A stretch of 63,964 bases of DNA, the filler included, from Craspedostauros australis (Eukaryota), in NCBI GenBank assembly GCA_030167865.1. It is 22 parts of 22 records of this genome, joined end to end, with 100 filler letters (N's around TTAATTAATTAA, not from the genome) between each part and the next. Parts side by side here need not be neighbours in the genome. Positions count along the whole stretch, not along the records: positions 35,420 to 39,811 come from JALAGF010001969.1; positions 39,912 to 41,815 come from JALAGF010001972.1; positions 41,916 to 44,301 come from JALAGF010001973.1; positions 44,402 to 46,408 come from JALAGF010001974.1; positions 46,509 to 55,011 come from JALAGF010001976.1; 17 more parts are not named here. One strand, written 5' to 3'. Positions 35,420 to 47,377 of this stretch are shown here, piece by piece. Made by a program: the position numbers and the translations under genes. A model generated the notes under the pieces. It was not told the DNA's origin, ran no database searches, and was given only the letters and a program-made list of their open reading frames with translations. The first letter of the stretch is position 1; every line of letters begins with the position of its first letter.

Positions 35420-36290
35420 GACTTCTTCGTGACGCGTTTCGAGTCCGACTTGCCGGCCGCCTTCGCTTTGGCTTTCGTCGATGATTTGGCAGTTGCTGCC
35501 TGCACCGCCTTGTGCTGATCGTAGGCCTCCTTCATGCGCGCCATGTTCTTCTTGGAAATCACGGTGTGCTCCACGACAGGGTACGGATAATTCTTGCCAA
35601 GCTGAATGCCCGCAGTCTTCAATATCGCCGGCGGTGCCTTCCATGGTTCGTAGATGTACTTCGCGGGGAGCTTGGACAGTACGGGGAGATGGTGCTTGAT
35701 GTACTGACCGTCGGGATCGTTCTTCTTTTGGAAAGCGACCGGAGAATAACATCGAAAGTACTGGTAGAAGAAGCCGCTGCAGGACAGCCACAGCCAATTG
35801 AAGGTGTTCAAGGCGTAATCGGCGTCGAGCAGCTCGCCCTCAAAGTGTTCCGCGCCCTTCTCCCAGCTCTGCCACAGGTCGCCTCGCGTGAGGAAACAGG
35901 CGACGGCGTGGCGGCCCAAATGGTGGATCCAGCCTTCGTTGCGCAGCTGCGCCATGCAGGCATCGATCCATGGATACCCTGTCTGCCCTGCCTTCCATGC
36001 CGCCAGCAGCTCTCCATCGTCGTCCCACGGCACCTGCCGACAGTACTTGTTGTTGACCATGCCGCCCCAGCTCCCGGCATGTTCCTGGTTGGCGGCGTGC
36101 GCGATGAGGTTGTTGAAGTCGCGCCACATGAGCTGGCCGTGCAAGCTGACCGGCGGCTTGGACGGCGTAGCGTGCGTCCGCTCCATGGCGTCTATGATGG
36201 CATACCAGAAGGTGCGAGGCGACAAGCATCCCAAGATCATGTAGGCCGACAGGGCCGTTGTGGATGGCTTTTGCACTTCGGTGCAGGAGT
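35420..36290 (-). CDS. Same CPF/(6-4) photolyase locus (35420-36192 = reverse complement of 31698-32470), extending 5' to PSTTALSAY
   Basis: Identical translation. Homology fades upstream of ~36290. Confidence 0.85.
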
Positions 36291-36707
36291 GTGGGAGTGT
36301 GTGCACGGATGTGTATGCACCAGTCACACTTGCGCGCCATCAGGAACATTTATTGGCGCAATCACGACTCAAATTGGTGACGTCACACCGATACCACCAC
36401 GATACTACAAAGATACTACGATGAGCAAATTCACTAACCAGGCCGTTTTTGTTTCTGACACGATGATTGGATCAATGAAATGGCCAGCGTATCGCTGCGA
36501 CAGGCTCGAAAATAATAATTTAGCCACGAAGTCAACACATCAACCACTTCCCTGCAGAACAGTGGAAAGTACTCTAGTTTATGATGTTGTCGATGAATCC
36601 TGTTGAGCAGAGGGTCAAACCAGCTATTATCAATTGCATTCTAACATCAGCCATTGGCATGTACCTACCTTGGAACGGTCTACATCCCACTGCAAGGAGA
36701 TTCAGAT

Positions 36708-37974
36708 TACATGTAGTCAGTTCATGTGCTGCCATTCGGTCACTGTGTGTAATGAGTTGGTCATATGTGCATACAAAACGTCGAGCATACTTGATTAGAC
36801 CAACCCCACCACTCCAACCACACTCCAACGGACCTGGCCACGAAGTATGAGGTCTCCAATCCATCGATTTGAATACCTTCCAGATGGATGGGAGACCTCA
36901 TACTTCGTGACCAGGTCCTTTGGGGTGTGTTGGAAGTGGGAGCCGGGTTGGATTGCGATTGCAATTGAAATTGTATATGCATATATTGACAATCTACTGC
37001 ACAGTATGATGCGTAGGTCACAGTACTGCCACACACAGCACCACTCAATATCTAGATCCATCGATTTGAATACCTTCCAGATAGATTGGAGACCTCATAC
37101 TTCGTCGCCAGGTCTGTTGGAGTGTGCTTGGGGTGGTGGGGTTTGTATAATCAAGTATTCTTGACGTTTTGCATGCACATATGACCAACTCATTACACAT
37201 GTTAGGAATCGAGGGTACGGCTTTGTCGGAATCCCATGATTGCCGCATCTCCCAACATTATTCGTCACAATATTAAGTATTATTCGTCACATGTTTGGAG
37301 ACTATTCGTCATACCTTTGAATACCATGTCATTCTGACTATGACTAAGGACACGGACGTGATTGATACCTGTACTACCGCGAGGAGCGTAGTCTGTCCTC
37401 TGGTAATGTAAGAACGACACCAACGGCGGATCAGGAGGTCCCGATACCAAACCAACCATGACAACCATACAGACGACGACGTCAGTCAGAACAGCAAGTC
37501 AATGGGCAAGTGACGCACCCCCTTCAGAGGACAGCATGCGCCCCTCCTGCGGAAAAGAACATCCGCAGGTTTGGAACATCACCAAGGTTGACATCGATCG
37601 TGGGACGATGGTGTCATGAGATCAACAACGGAAACATATGATAGTCAAGTGCTCAGGACTGCAGATTCCTACCATGTGAACGTAGACAGCTACGACGATG
37701 CAGAGGCAAGCAACATCAATGCCAAGATGAGGAAGCAAGAACAGAGCATAATGAATGGGGACAGAAGCACCTAAGAGCAACAGGACGCCCCGAGTCGCCA
37801 CCGCGACAGATGCCTACTATGAAAAATGAAATCGGAAGAGAGAGTGAGATTGTGCTCACAGTTCTAACACGGTACAGTTTCTAACAGCGGATTAGATTAC
37901 AGTACTGCCAATAAGCCCGGATTTCCAACATACACACAGTGACCGAATGGCAGCACATGAACTGACTACATGTA
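36708..37974. mobile_element. Foldback/MITE-like inverted repeat whose right arm is interrupted by a solo LTR
   Basis: 36708-36866 is the reverse complement of 37079-37199 + 37931-37974. There is an inner hairpin at 36829-36918, and the loop unit is duplicated at ~36859 and ~37056. Confidence 0.8.
37200..37930 (+). mobile_element. Solo LTR, family A (731 bp), 6-bp TSD TACACA
   Basis: TGTTAGGAATCG...GCTCACAGTTC...CCCGGATTTCCAACA, with TACACA at 37194-37199 and 37931-37936. The empty site is preserved in the opposite foldback arm. Confidence 0.92.
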
Positions 37975-38175
37975 TGTCAGGAATCGAGTGTACGGCATTG
38001 TTACTATATACATGGTTGCCGCGCCTCCCAGTATCACTCGCACGACTCGGTGGATTCAACTCTGTGGATCATGCTCAAACAGCCTTGTAGCCTGTCCCAC
38101 CTCACGCAACCAATAGTGACTTGCATCTCCGGGTCTGTCATTAGTCCGTCATGGAAATGATGGCGAACCTTTGAT
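37975..38175 (+). mobile_element. Family A LTR 5' fragment
   Basis: Starts TGTCAGGAATCGAGTGTACGGC. The CTTGTAGCCTGTCCC and GGCGAACCT blocks are shared with 1828-2583. No 3' end found. Confidence 0.7.
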
Positions 38176-39363
38176 TGTGCTACTACGACGAGTGCCATCG
38201 GCGATTTTTGGCGATTTTTTTATCACAAGAACACCGCTGTAGATCGTGGTACACGTTCTACGTAAGTCCCGAACAAGAACAGGCCAAGAACAGCATCAAC
38301 CAAAGTCAGACTCTCCGGACTTGGCTCGTGTGTGTGTTCCTGTGCTCGTATTGCCATTGTAGCGTCATATGGCGTTTATATATACAATCCTAAAGTTTGG
38401 TGGCTGTTGCTCTCTTTGTCGGTGAGCACTGATGCGATCCGTCAATCACCCCCATCATTCACGGACGTTTGGGCTTGTGTTTGGCATGTTTTTCTTGCTC
38501 TGGTTGGTTCAAAGGAGTGTTTTAACGGCCGATGACGTCATGGTGACGCAATCAATGGAACCAGAATTCTCCAAACTTGCCACCGAAATTGAGGATCCGA
38601 GTGATCAAATATCATTCCGACCTCCATGGGAGCACTAAACGCAAGCATACCACCATACCATCGCACTCAAACACCATATAGACCATATGGTCGTGACCGC
38701 CTCAGAGAGAGGATTCTGAAATGATGTCTAATCTACAGATTGAGCCAAAGACCTCTAAGTCTGGAGACTTCAAAGGTGGAGAGTCGAAAAACCTCGAAGA
38801 AAAGAGGCATGATCCTACCAGACTTCTGTAGAATCCTGCGTGTAACCAACAGCAACCAACCAGATCCGAAAAAACCGGTCCGTCCGTCGTCCGAAGGCAA
38901 AACCACACCAAGGAAGTCAACACACACATCAAGATCGACAAGATAGGAGTAACAACAAGATAATGTTATTACTTTCCTGGATAGCCCTGACTCTTAAGTT
39001 TACGTAGATGTAAAGAGATATTCGATTGAGTGTCTACAGATCCAAGTCTGAGATCGGGAAAAATGGATCCAAAATCTGAAACCAATTTTTGGGGTCTGTT
39101 TGTTTGAGGCACCAGACTACAATGAAGGAGGAAGGTCGAAGGCTTGAACGAAGAAACAGGGCCAAAGGCCGCGGTGCACGATGCATTGAGGCTCATCGCC
39201 GCGGACTTTTCTGGTGCAACGTTTCCTGCTCTATGTCAGTATCTAGTTCTATTCTCCCCACCACTGCCCGTGGTGTGAATCAATTGCCCAGCTCCTGCGC
39301 AATGCCACGCAAGTAAATTGCAAGTAACATGAAATCAATCAGATCTCCAATCTACTCTCACTC

Positions 39364-39810
39364 CTACCAACCAAACGACTCGATGTGCAGGTCCACCTTC
39401 AGCTCAGAACCGATCTTGCGAAGGTCCTTCTCCACCACTTTCGCACCACCACAGTACATCAAGCCCCACGTCTTCATCACAAGCTTCTTGCTCAGACTCT
39501 TCACGTACGGCCTCGCCTCGGCGTTGAACTCCCAAGGCTTGAAGGCCAACCGCAGATTCTCAGCAATGGCAGTCGAACGACGGTTGCGATTGGCCTTGGG
39601 GCATCTCACATCGGGCTGTGTCTTCAGACCCTCCTTGTTGATACCATCCAGCTCGAAGCCGTAGTGCTTGGCTGTCTCGATCACCTCGTTGATCTGTTGT
39701 GTTGTGACGCTGGCGGTATCATCGAAATCGTCCTCCACGTTGTTGTCGACTCCAGTCTCGGTGTCGCTACCACCACCTCCGGCATCACCATCGCCACTGT
39801 CGCTGCGACT
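39364..39810 (-). CDS. NADPH oxidase / ferric reductase family NAD-binding C-terminus, 5'-partial
   Basis: Terminal WGLMYCGGAKVV...LHIESFGW* matches the CG...E-x-F end of NOX/FRE proteins. Confidence 0.85.
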   Translation of the reverse strand, partial: SRSDSGDGDAGGGGSDTETGVDNNVEDDFDDTASVTTQQINEVIETAKHYGFELDGINKEGLKTQPDVRCPKANRNRRSTAIAENLRLAFKPWEFNAEARPYVKSLSKKLVMKTWGLMYCGGAKVVEKDLRKIGSELKVDLHIESFGW

Positions 39811-39913
39811 GNNNNNNNNNNNNNNNNNNNNNNNNNNNNNNNNNNNNNNNNNNNNTTAATTAATTAANNNNNNNNNNNNNNNNNNNNNNNNNNNNNNNNN
39901 NNNNNNNNNNNCC

Positions 39914-40288
39914 ACCTTCAAGGACGGATCCGACCTCGACGGCAAGTACTACCGCGAGCAATGGGTCCGCGGCTGCCGCATGCTCTTTGACGCAGCTGAA
40001 TGCGAGTCGCGACTCATCGAGGACACCCTTTCGGTGACCAAGCACGCCGTGACCTTCCGCTTCGAGGAGGACTTGACATTCCGCGGTCCATTCTCGCCCA
40101 AGTGCTTCCTGAGCGGAACCGTCGTCATGAAGCGCTGCCCAGTGTCCGGACTGATCAAGTCTTACGAGGAGATCTGGGACAAGGATGTGTCAAGCATCGT
40201 GAAGTCTGCGAAGCTTCAGGGTGGCAACCGCATGACTGACCTCTTCATGGCTCGTCTTCAGTCTTCGGATGATAGCGTCATGGCGTAA
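39914..40288 (+). CDS. NTF2/SnoaL-like (DUF2358-like) protein, 5'-partial
   Basis: TFKD..LDG.Y...LTFRGPFSP..LSGT....GLIKSYEEIWD pattern. Confidence 0.5.
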   Translation, partial: TFKDGSDLDGKYYREQWVRGCRMLFDAAECESRLIEDTLSVTKHAVTFRFEEDLTFRGPFSPKCFLSGTVVMKRCPVSGLIKSYEEIWDKDVSSIVKSAKLQGGNRMTDLFMARLQSSDDSVMA

Positions 40289-40862
40289 ACAAATGCGCTA
40301 CAACACCACGAGGCTTGTCGTTAATCCTCGCGCATCCTCGCGCATCCTCGTGCACATACATTCTCGCACATCTCCACACACAATTTTTCACGCAAGGAAG
40401 TGAATCTCATCACGACCGAGCATCAACACCAATACAGCAACCATACAGCAACCATACAGCACCCCATAGAACATAGAACATAGAACACAATAGAATACAC
40501 GCAATAGAACAGAATACAACAAAGAACACAATACACAATCGACCACTCTACAACCATCATCTTGTACTCGCAGAGCGTTGAGCAGTGTACTCTCTGGATT
40601 GATGTCAAAACTACGCTCATAACTCGCTTCCTGCGCAACATGTGCACATCTCGATGTGATCGCTTCACATCCGTTATTTTCGAAAGCAATGCGTTATGTG
40701 CAACTGCATACGACCACGTACAACCACACATGTCTTCACGGCATTCATCGAACCTGACTTTGCATCACTCACAATTTCAATCATTGCAACTTCTGCAACG
40801 CATCACGGCAGCCCAATCTAGAGGCACAACCAGAGCAAAAGCAACAAACAACAACAACCAAG

Positions 40863-41815
40863 ATGGATCCCATTCAGCTCGTCAAGTCGGAGTACTCCAC
40901 CGGACTCCTCATCTTCTCGATCACCATCGTCTGCGGACTCATCTTCAATGAGCAGACCAAGGTCTCGTCCGAGGTCCACCCAGTGGTCGCTGTCGTCATC
41001 ATGATCGCCGCCCTCATCTGGCTCAACATGGTGGAGGGAGGACAGGGGTCCCTCGTCGGTCTCCCACCAGTCGACCGCAACCTCTATGTAGAATCCCACC
41101 CAACCGCCCACAAGGGTGACAACCTCGACCGCTGCCTCATGGGACGTCAGTTCATGGTCCTCCTCATGGTATTCACCATCAACCAGTGCAGTGTGCCGCT
41201 CGAGGACACCAAGGTCTTCGGTCTCCCAGACATCATCATCCAGATCTTCCTCAGATCCGGAGCCGCCATGATCCTCATGGCCGCCATGGCCGGACAGCTC
41301 AACTCCCAAGGCAACGCCTCTCTCTGGATGCTTGACTACAGCAACAACTTCTTTGCCGTCTTCACCCTCTATGTCGCCCTCGCCATCGAGTTCTCTGGAC
41401 TTCTGCATTCGTTCTACCTCGTCCAGATGTTCTTCGTTTGGGCATCCGGCAAGGAAATCGAGTCCAAGGAACCACCACGCGACGGTGCCCAGAACCTCTT
41501 CTACTGGGGCCGTATCCTCATCTCCCTCGCCATCCTGTGCTACGCCATGGCCATCACCCTTGTCGCCCTGTTCGATGGAAAGACCACCATGTGGGCCAGA
41601 GTGCCAAATGGAGTCGCCGTCATCCTCTTCTTCCTCTTCATGTCCATCGTGGGTATGCTCAAGGGTATGCAGATCGCCTTCTTCGCTGTTGCCAAGCTTC
41701 CAAAGGAGGAGCGCGGAGACCATCCAACTGTCTACATCTTCTTCCAGTTCTGTCTGTTCTTGGAAGCCGCCGATATCTGCTCTGGAGCCTGGGTCCTTGC
41801 CTCCGTCCACAAGGC
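40863..41815 (+). CDS. SIT: Silicon transporter, internally deleted and degenerate (possible pseudogene), 3'-partial
   Basis: MVEGGQ, GDNLDR.LMGRQF, GQLNSQ.NAS..MLD, IEFSGLLH, GKTTMW, GMQIAFFAVAK, CSGAWVLA. Confidence 0.93.
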
Positions 41816-42874
41816 NNNNNNNNNNNNNNNNNNNNNNNNNNNNNNNNNNNNNNNNNNNNTTAATTAATTAANNNNNNNNNNNNNNNNNNNNNNNNNNNNN
41901 NNNNNNNNNNNNNNNGTACACTACCTGCGGTGGATGGGTCCATCGTGAGACAGGATGAAGCGGACAGAGAAGAAGCGGAACCCTTTCCAGTCACAAACGT
42001 TCGTTTGGCGGACATGATGCTTCGAATCACGTGTACTGTTGACGAGTCCCGAGTGATATCTCCAAGCTACATTTATCGCATCGTTCAACCAAGTCGTGTC
42101 ACACAATCAAACCACACCCAATGGCCAACGTGATGACGTGATGTGACGTATTGTGACGTGGCATGACATTCCACGAGTGCGGACATCCAACCAACTTCCC
42201 ACCAACTTGATCGAAACTCACAAGCCTCATTCTCAACAGCGAAGAAGTGAGAGGATCCTCCCCTCCACCAATCACCCGCAGAGAAGAGAATAGTGGGGTG
42301 CAGAGCCTTGGCCATTCCAACACTTGATGCGCTTCGCGTGGATGCTGCCATGACCACCGCAGGACACCGGAGACAACAAAAGACAACAGCGCAAGGTCCC
42401 CACTTGTGTGATCTATCCACGCCCAAACCCACACTCGCACCATCCGACGACAGGTGGAGATGAACGATCGCAAGTAGCTGGGGTTGGTGCTCGAAGCAGG
42501 CAAGAACGGACTCGGGAGGATAGTCCCAGCATACTCGCAGTGCCTGAGGATTGCTCGGTGGAACACGCTGCGAACTTCGCTCCGTTCGATCCTCGTAGAT
42601 ACCGCAGATCGTATTTATACGAATAGTAGTGCAGCCTGCGTCCAACAGAGCGCCCAACAGAGCCCGTGCGGAACGAGACGGTTCTGCGAGGAAGACGACG
42701 CTATCATAGCTCGCATTACATGGCATTACATGGTATTCTATTACATTACATGGCATTATATGTCATTCTACGCGCCAAGAGCACTTCCACCCACTACACT
42801 TTCTGGAGAATCAGTCCTCGCGCTACTGTGCGTCTACTCCAAGCGTTCATTGAATAGAACACGCTGAATCGGAG

Positions 42875-44301
42875 ATGGAGCGCAAGCTCAAACGCAGGAA
42901 CCCGTCAAGGAACAGCGCTTCGACTGCCGTTGCGACCTCCTTTGCGACGATATCGTCCGCAATCACCTTCGCATCGGACAGCAGCATCGACGGCGAGATC
43001 TGGGATGTGCCCAAGAAGCCTCCGGCTAAGAAGCACAAGCCTGCACCAGCTGCTGCTGCTCCACCATCGGCATCTCCGTCCGCTTCTGCATCATTTCACT
43101 GGGAGATTCATGACAGCAAACCAGCTGCCAAACGATCGGCGACGGTGCGACAGCAAGGACGCAAAGGAAAGGCCGCTGCAACGAAGAAGAAGGTCCCCAA
43201 GCGCCTCTATCCGTCCAATCGCAACGTGATACGCAAGGAGGCGCAGCAGTTTCGTCATTTGCTGGGGCGCAGACCCTTTCTCACCAGGACCCTGACGCCG
43301 CTGTGGGATCGCAAGGTGGTCGTGACCAAAGACGGGGATCCAGCGCAATCGCAGCCCATCCCAACCCCGACGATCGCCATCTCCGTGGTCAACGTGTACG
43401 AGAGCGACGGTGATGGGACTGACAGAGGCAACGGCACCTCACAGGGACCGCAGCATTCCACCAAGGGCATCAGCAATGCCAGCCCCTCCCGCGATCCCAG
43501 CGGATCGCCGAACGGCAACCACAAAACGACGTTCTGGAACACGTCCGCGTACGTCACGAAGCAACCGCGCTGTCCGCTGTGCAGCATGAACTGCAAGAAT
43601 GTGCCGAGCCTGATACGGCACGTCAAGTCGCACAGCCAGCATCCGTACTTCGTTTGCGATGTGCTGCAGATGCAGCACGGCACGGGAAGGCTGTACGGCA
43701 ACGTCTACCATCTCTCCATACGCCCCATCGACATCAGCCTCTCCGAAGTCATCTATGCCAACTACACCTTCGTGCGTCACGACCACGTCGCGAATCGCAA
43801 CCGCGCGCAGAAACGCAAGTCACGGCAGTGGCGAGGTGGCAAGCGACGCAAGACGAAGCCACCCATCAAGATCGCCGCGCCACCCAAGCAGCGCCAGGTC
43901 GCACCCGTGCGGCTCGTGCCGCTCACGCTCGATCGCAAGGAATGCTTGGCACCGCCGCCGAGCATGGTGCCCAAGCATTCGCCACAACCCATCCGCAAGT
44001 ACTACCACCGCCGATCCAACCAGGTCAAGCAGTACGTCACGTTCGAGGACGACAGCACCGATGACGACTCCGATCAGGAGCCCATGGACGCTTTGTGCAA
44101 CGGCATGTTGTCCGAATTCGAAGACATCCCCGACGTCGAGCGCCGATTCTTCCGACTGTGGGGCACGTTCATGCGACGGCAGCAGCGTCCCTTCCCCATG
44201 CGCGAGATGTTGCTCGACAAGACCGTCCAGTTCGTGCACGAGAATCACAAGCAGCTCGTCGGGTTGCGGTGGCTGTTCCTGAAGCATCTGCAGAATATGT
44301 G
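42875..44301 (+). CDS. SUZ12: Polycomb Su(z)12/EMF2-like protein (C2H2 finger + VEFS-box), 3'-partial
   Basis: CPLC..LIRHVKSH finger, then RKYYHRRSNQ..DDSTDDDSD..LSEFEDI...ERRFFRLWGTFM..FV..LFLKHL. Confidence 0.82.
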
Positions 44302-44401
44302 NNNNNNNNNNNNNNNNNNNNNNNNNNNNNNNNNNNNNNNNNNNNTTAATTAATTAANNNNNNNNNNNNNNNNNNNNNNNNNNNNNNNNNNNNNNNNNNN
44401 N

Positions 44402-45800
44402 TTGTATCTGAGCCAAGATGCTCAGGTACATTCACTCACCAAGACAGTAGACATGTATGTTCATGTGCACATAAGGAGGATGACAAGCAGGGCCTGACAT
44501 CCATCCTTCAACTCATTACCATCTTCAGATACCAAGACAGGTATCTGAGCGCCGTNGGGAGTTGCGGGAAATGAGGTCAACAGAGAAAGAGAAAACGGTT
44601 CATGATCAAAAAGTCTCATGCGTGACCTGACACAGTCTACGGAGAACAAGACTAGACATAGACTAAGGCGAATATAGACTTTTGATCTGATACTTCACCC
44701 AGATTGCAACCTAACAGTCTCATCGTGAAGGCCACCGAACGCTGTGGGGTGTAGTCGATAATGGTACTTTTGCCGATGGCATGCGTTGGTGGTGTTGTGA
44801 GCAGCCAGCTGGTGTTCTGCATGGGAATCTTGGATATGATGGTGGATGGCGCCCACACCACTATAATCCTTCCCAAGAGCCAGATGACCTCGCAGATGGT
44901 GACAACAGCAATCGTTGCTATATTGCTGGTAGATGTCGAGATCATTGACTCCAAGCTGCCCAGGCAGAATCAACAATCGGTATCGTTTCAGTGCCATCAT
45001 CACCAACATTCCATTGACAAAGAAAACGCCAAGCACTCTTGCGAGTGCACCAAAACCTACTACACTCGAGGAAGTTGTCAAGCTTCATAGCTGTACACGT
45101 AGAGCACAGCGGTGGTTCGCGATTGGGGAAGACATCATACATAGTAGCTCGTGTGATCCCGTTCCGCTTCTGCCGCTGATGGAGATGTGATGGGTTGCTT
45201 GTTTGGGAAGGAACGAGCATACGGGACTCAACGATTGTGCCGATACGGGACTCGAACAATGATACGATTGGACGAGTCGATGATAACGAGCCAAGAAGCA
45301 TGAGCAATGAGAGAGATGGAGTGTAGACTCCGGGTAAATGAAGAATGGCATCAGGCCAAGTATGTGCTGTGTCAGCAAGTCAACGTCATGACCGCAATGC
45401 ACACCTTGCGATTGGAGGTGGCTGTGATGCAGCCCCATCATCTGTCCAAGATGGAGTGCAGTTGCCATGCGCAGGAATCGATGTCAGCAACTCAGTGGTA
45501 CGTGAATTTGATTCGATTGTTGCAAGTGTCGTCGTGGATTCCTGCAACGTCTGGGGGGCGAGTTCACTGGCTGCGAAGGTGTCAAAACAAGTGGATTGGT
45601 GAGGCCACTCACGTGCTTCATACAAAAAAACTGACTTACGGATATGCAGCTACTTCCGTGCGGTGCCTGGGCATTCCTCTCTGTCCCTGTGACAGTCAGA
45701 CGGCGTACCTCGCGAATGGCACGCTGTGTGATCGGCAAGGCAACGTGTTGGGAGACGCAGGTCGCTTTCGCCTCTGCTAGGGAGCGCTCCACGAGATGCT
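44402..45800 (+). pseudogene. Possible decayed LINE ORF2 3' region
   Basis: Stop-riddled frames with LWGVVDNGTF and KKLTYGYAAT..LCPC remnants. Weak. Confidence 0.25.
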
Positions 45801-46259
45801 TTTGTGTCTTTGTGAGTACAGCATGGAAGTCCACCTAGCTACAAGTAGAAAATGAATTGAATTGTGTAATGCAACACCCATTACCATCGCAGTCGATGAT
45901 AGTTGCACAAATGAATGCAAATACAGTAACAGATGAATGGATGGTGTCAAGTTGCAGCCTGGCGCAGTTCATGGGCAGAGGACGCCGGCCATGGATTGTA
46001 TAAATGCGATGTGTTAATTGAATATGGTTATGTAGTGTCGAGAAAACGACGGTTTACCAAATATACTCGTTCGATGATGGTAGCCGGTGGGTGTTGGGAG
46101 TACAACAAGTATCGCGTCTTCGTGCATACTCGCAGCAAGCACAATGTCCAACAGTGTCTTCTCATGTGCCCGCAGCAACATCGTGCGGGATGGAGTTGGA
46201 TCTGTCCACAGCTTTGCTCTTGCCCAAGCATGTGCTTTGCCGCAAGTGGCCAAGTGTGA

Positions 46260-46406
46260 TTAGCAGCCCTCCGGAATGTTGAGGAACATCTCAGATGCAA
46301 AGTTGGTATTGTACTGGGATGTCTCGCCATCGATAGTCACGGTGAAACCATCTCCCTCAATGCCGTCTCCCCAGCTGTCGAAGAGATCCAGGTAGGTGCA
46401 CTGGTC
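46260..46406 (-). CDS. C-terminus of a probable extracellular protein (DSWGDG motif), 5'-partial
   Basis: Manual translation, not in the ORF track: DQCTYLDLFDSWGDGIEGDGFTVTIDGETSQYNTNFASEMFLNIPEGC*. Confidence 0.65.
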   Translation of the reverse strand, partial: DQCTYLDLFDSWGDGIEGDGFTVTIDGETSQYNTNFASEMFLNIPEGC

Positions 46407-47377
46407 ACNNNNNNNNNNNNNNNNNNNNNNNNNNNNNNNNNNNNNNNNNNNNTTAATTAATTAANNNNNNNNNNNNNNNNNNNNNNNNNNNNNNNNNNNN
46501 NNNNNNNNATGATTCATGCTGTTTCAACCCAATGAATAGCTAGTACAGATAAGGCTGAATATTTGTCATTGATAAAAGTTGCTTCAACAATGCTCGAGGA
46601 AGAAGAAAATGATCCGTGACAACTAACTCAAACAGAACAGCACACGAATGCTCTCATCAGCTAACGAATCACAGAGACAAAAACAGTGTTCCTTGTGTTC
46701 TGCAAAATCGTGCAATGCAAGTGGTTCATGTGAGAAGCAGCAAGGAGGCGTAATCTACTCCTCGACATGGCGACGTTGATACGCACAGCGAACACGGACA
46801 CAGTGTAAAGTGCACAAAAGGAGCAACAGCGAAGAGCGAGAGGACACCGACCAAATTCTGCGGAAAAGCACCAATTATCCAAAAAAGAACCAAAAATTAT
46901 ATATTATTCCGTCGAGGATAAGAACTAGGCGGAAACAAGTGATTTATGACTTTAGCGCTATGGAATAAAGAAAATTATTGCATTTTGAACTGCCCCCCAT
47001 GGATATGAACCAATAATGTCTGCCTTTGTCCATGTTGTTTGGCGAATCGAAAATGGGTGGCCATGATTGATTTGTCTGATTTGGGGCCTGACTGGATGCA
47101 TCGCGACGAACAAATCACAAACCACAAAAACAGGGCTGCATCCAGGCCATTCGTCCTTTTCGCTACGCAGTGCGGACCTTGTGGACGTAGCATGCCCACA
47201 AGCAATAACGTTCATCCACACGTCCAAACACAGCGGGCTCATTAGCGTCTCCGCCCTCTCGTCTGCCTGGTACCATTCACAGACACTCAGGAGCAACCAC
47301 AACGAGCCTTCCGGTCACAGCGTCTGCACCAGCGGTGCCATCGCCATCAGCATCCCCAACGGCACCTCCAGCACATC

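Noticed and set aside
31698..36192. Inverted duplicate photolyase genes
   Set aside because: Apparently identical 773-bp dovetail overlap between two contigs.
39364..44301. NOX, SIT and SUZ12 as a gene cluster
   Set aside because: They lie on different contigs; the adjacency is artificial.
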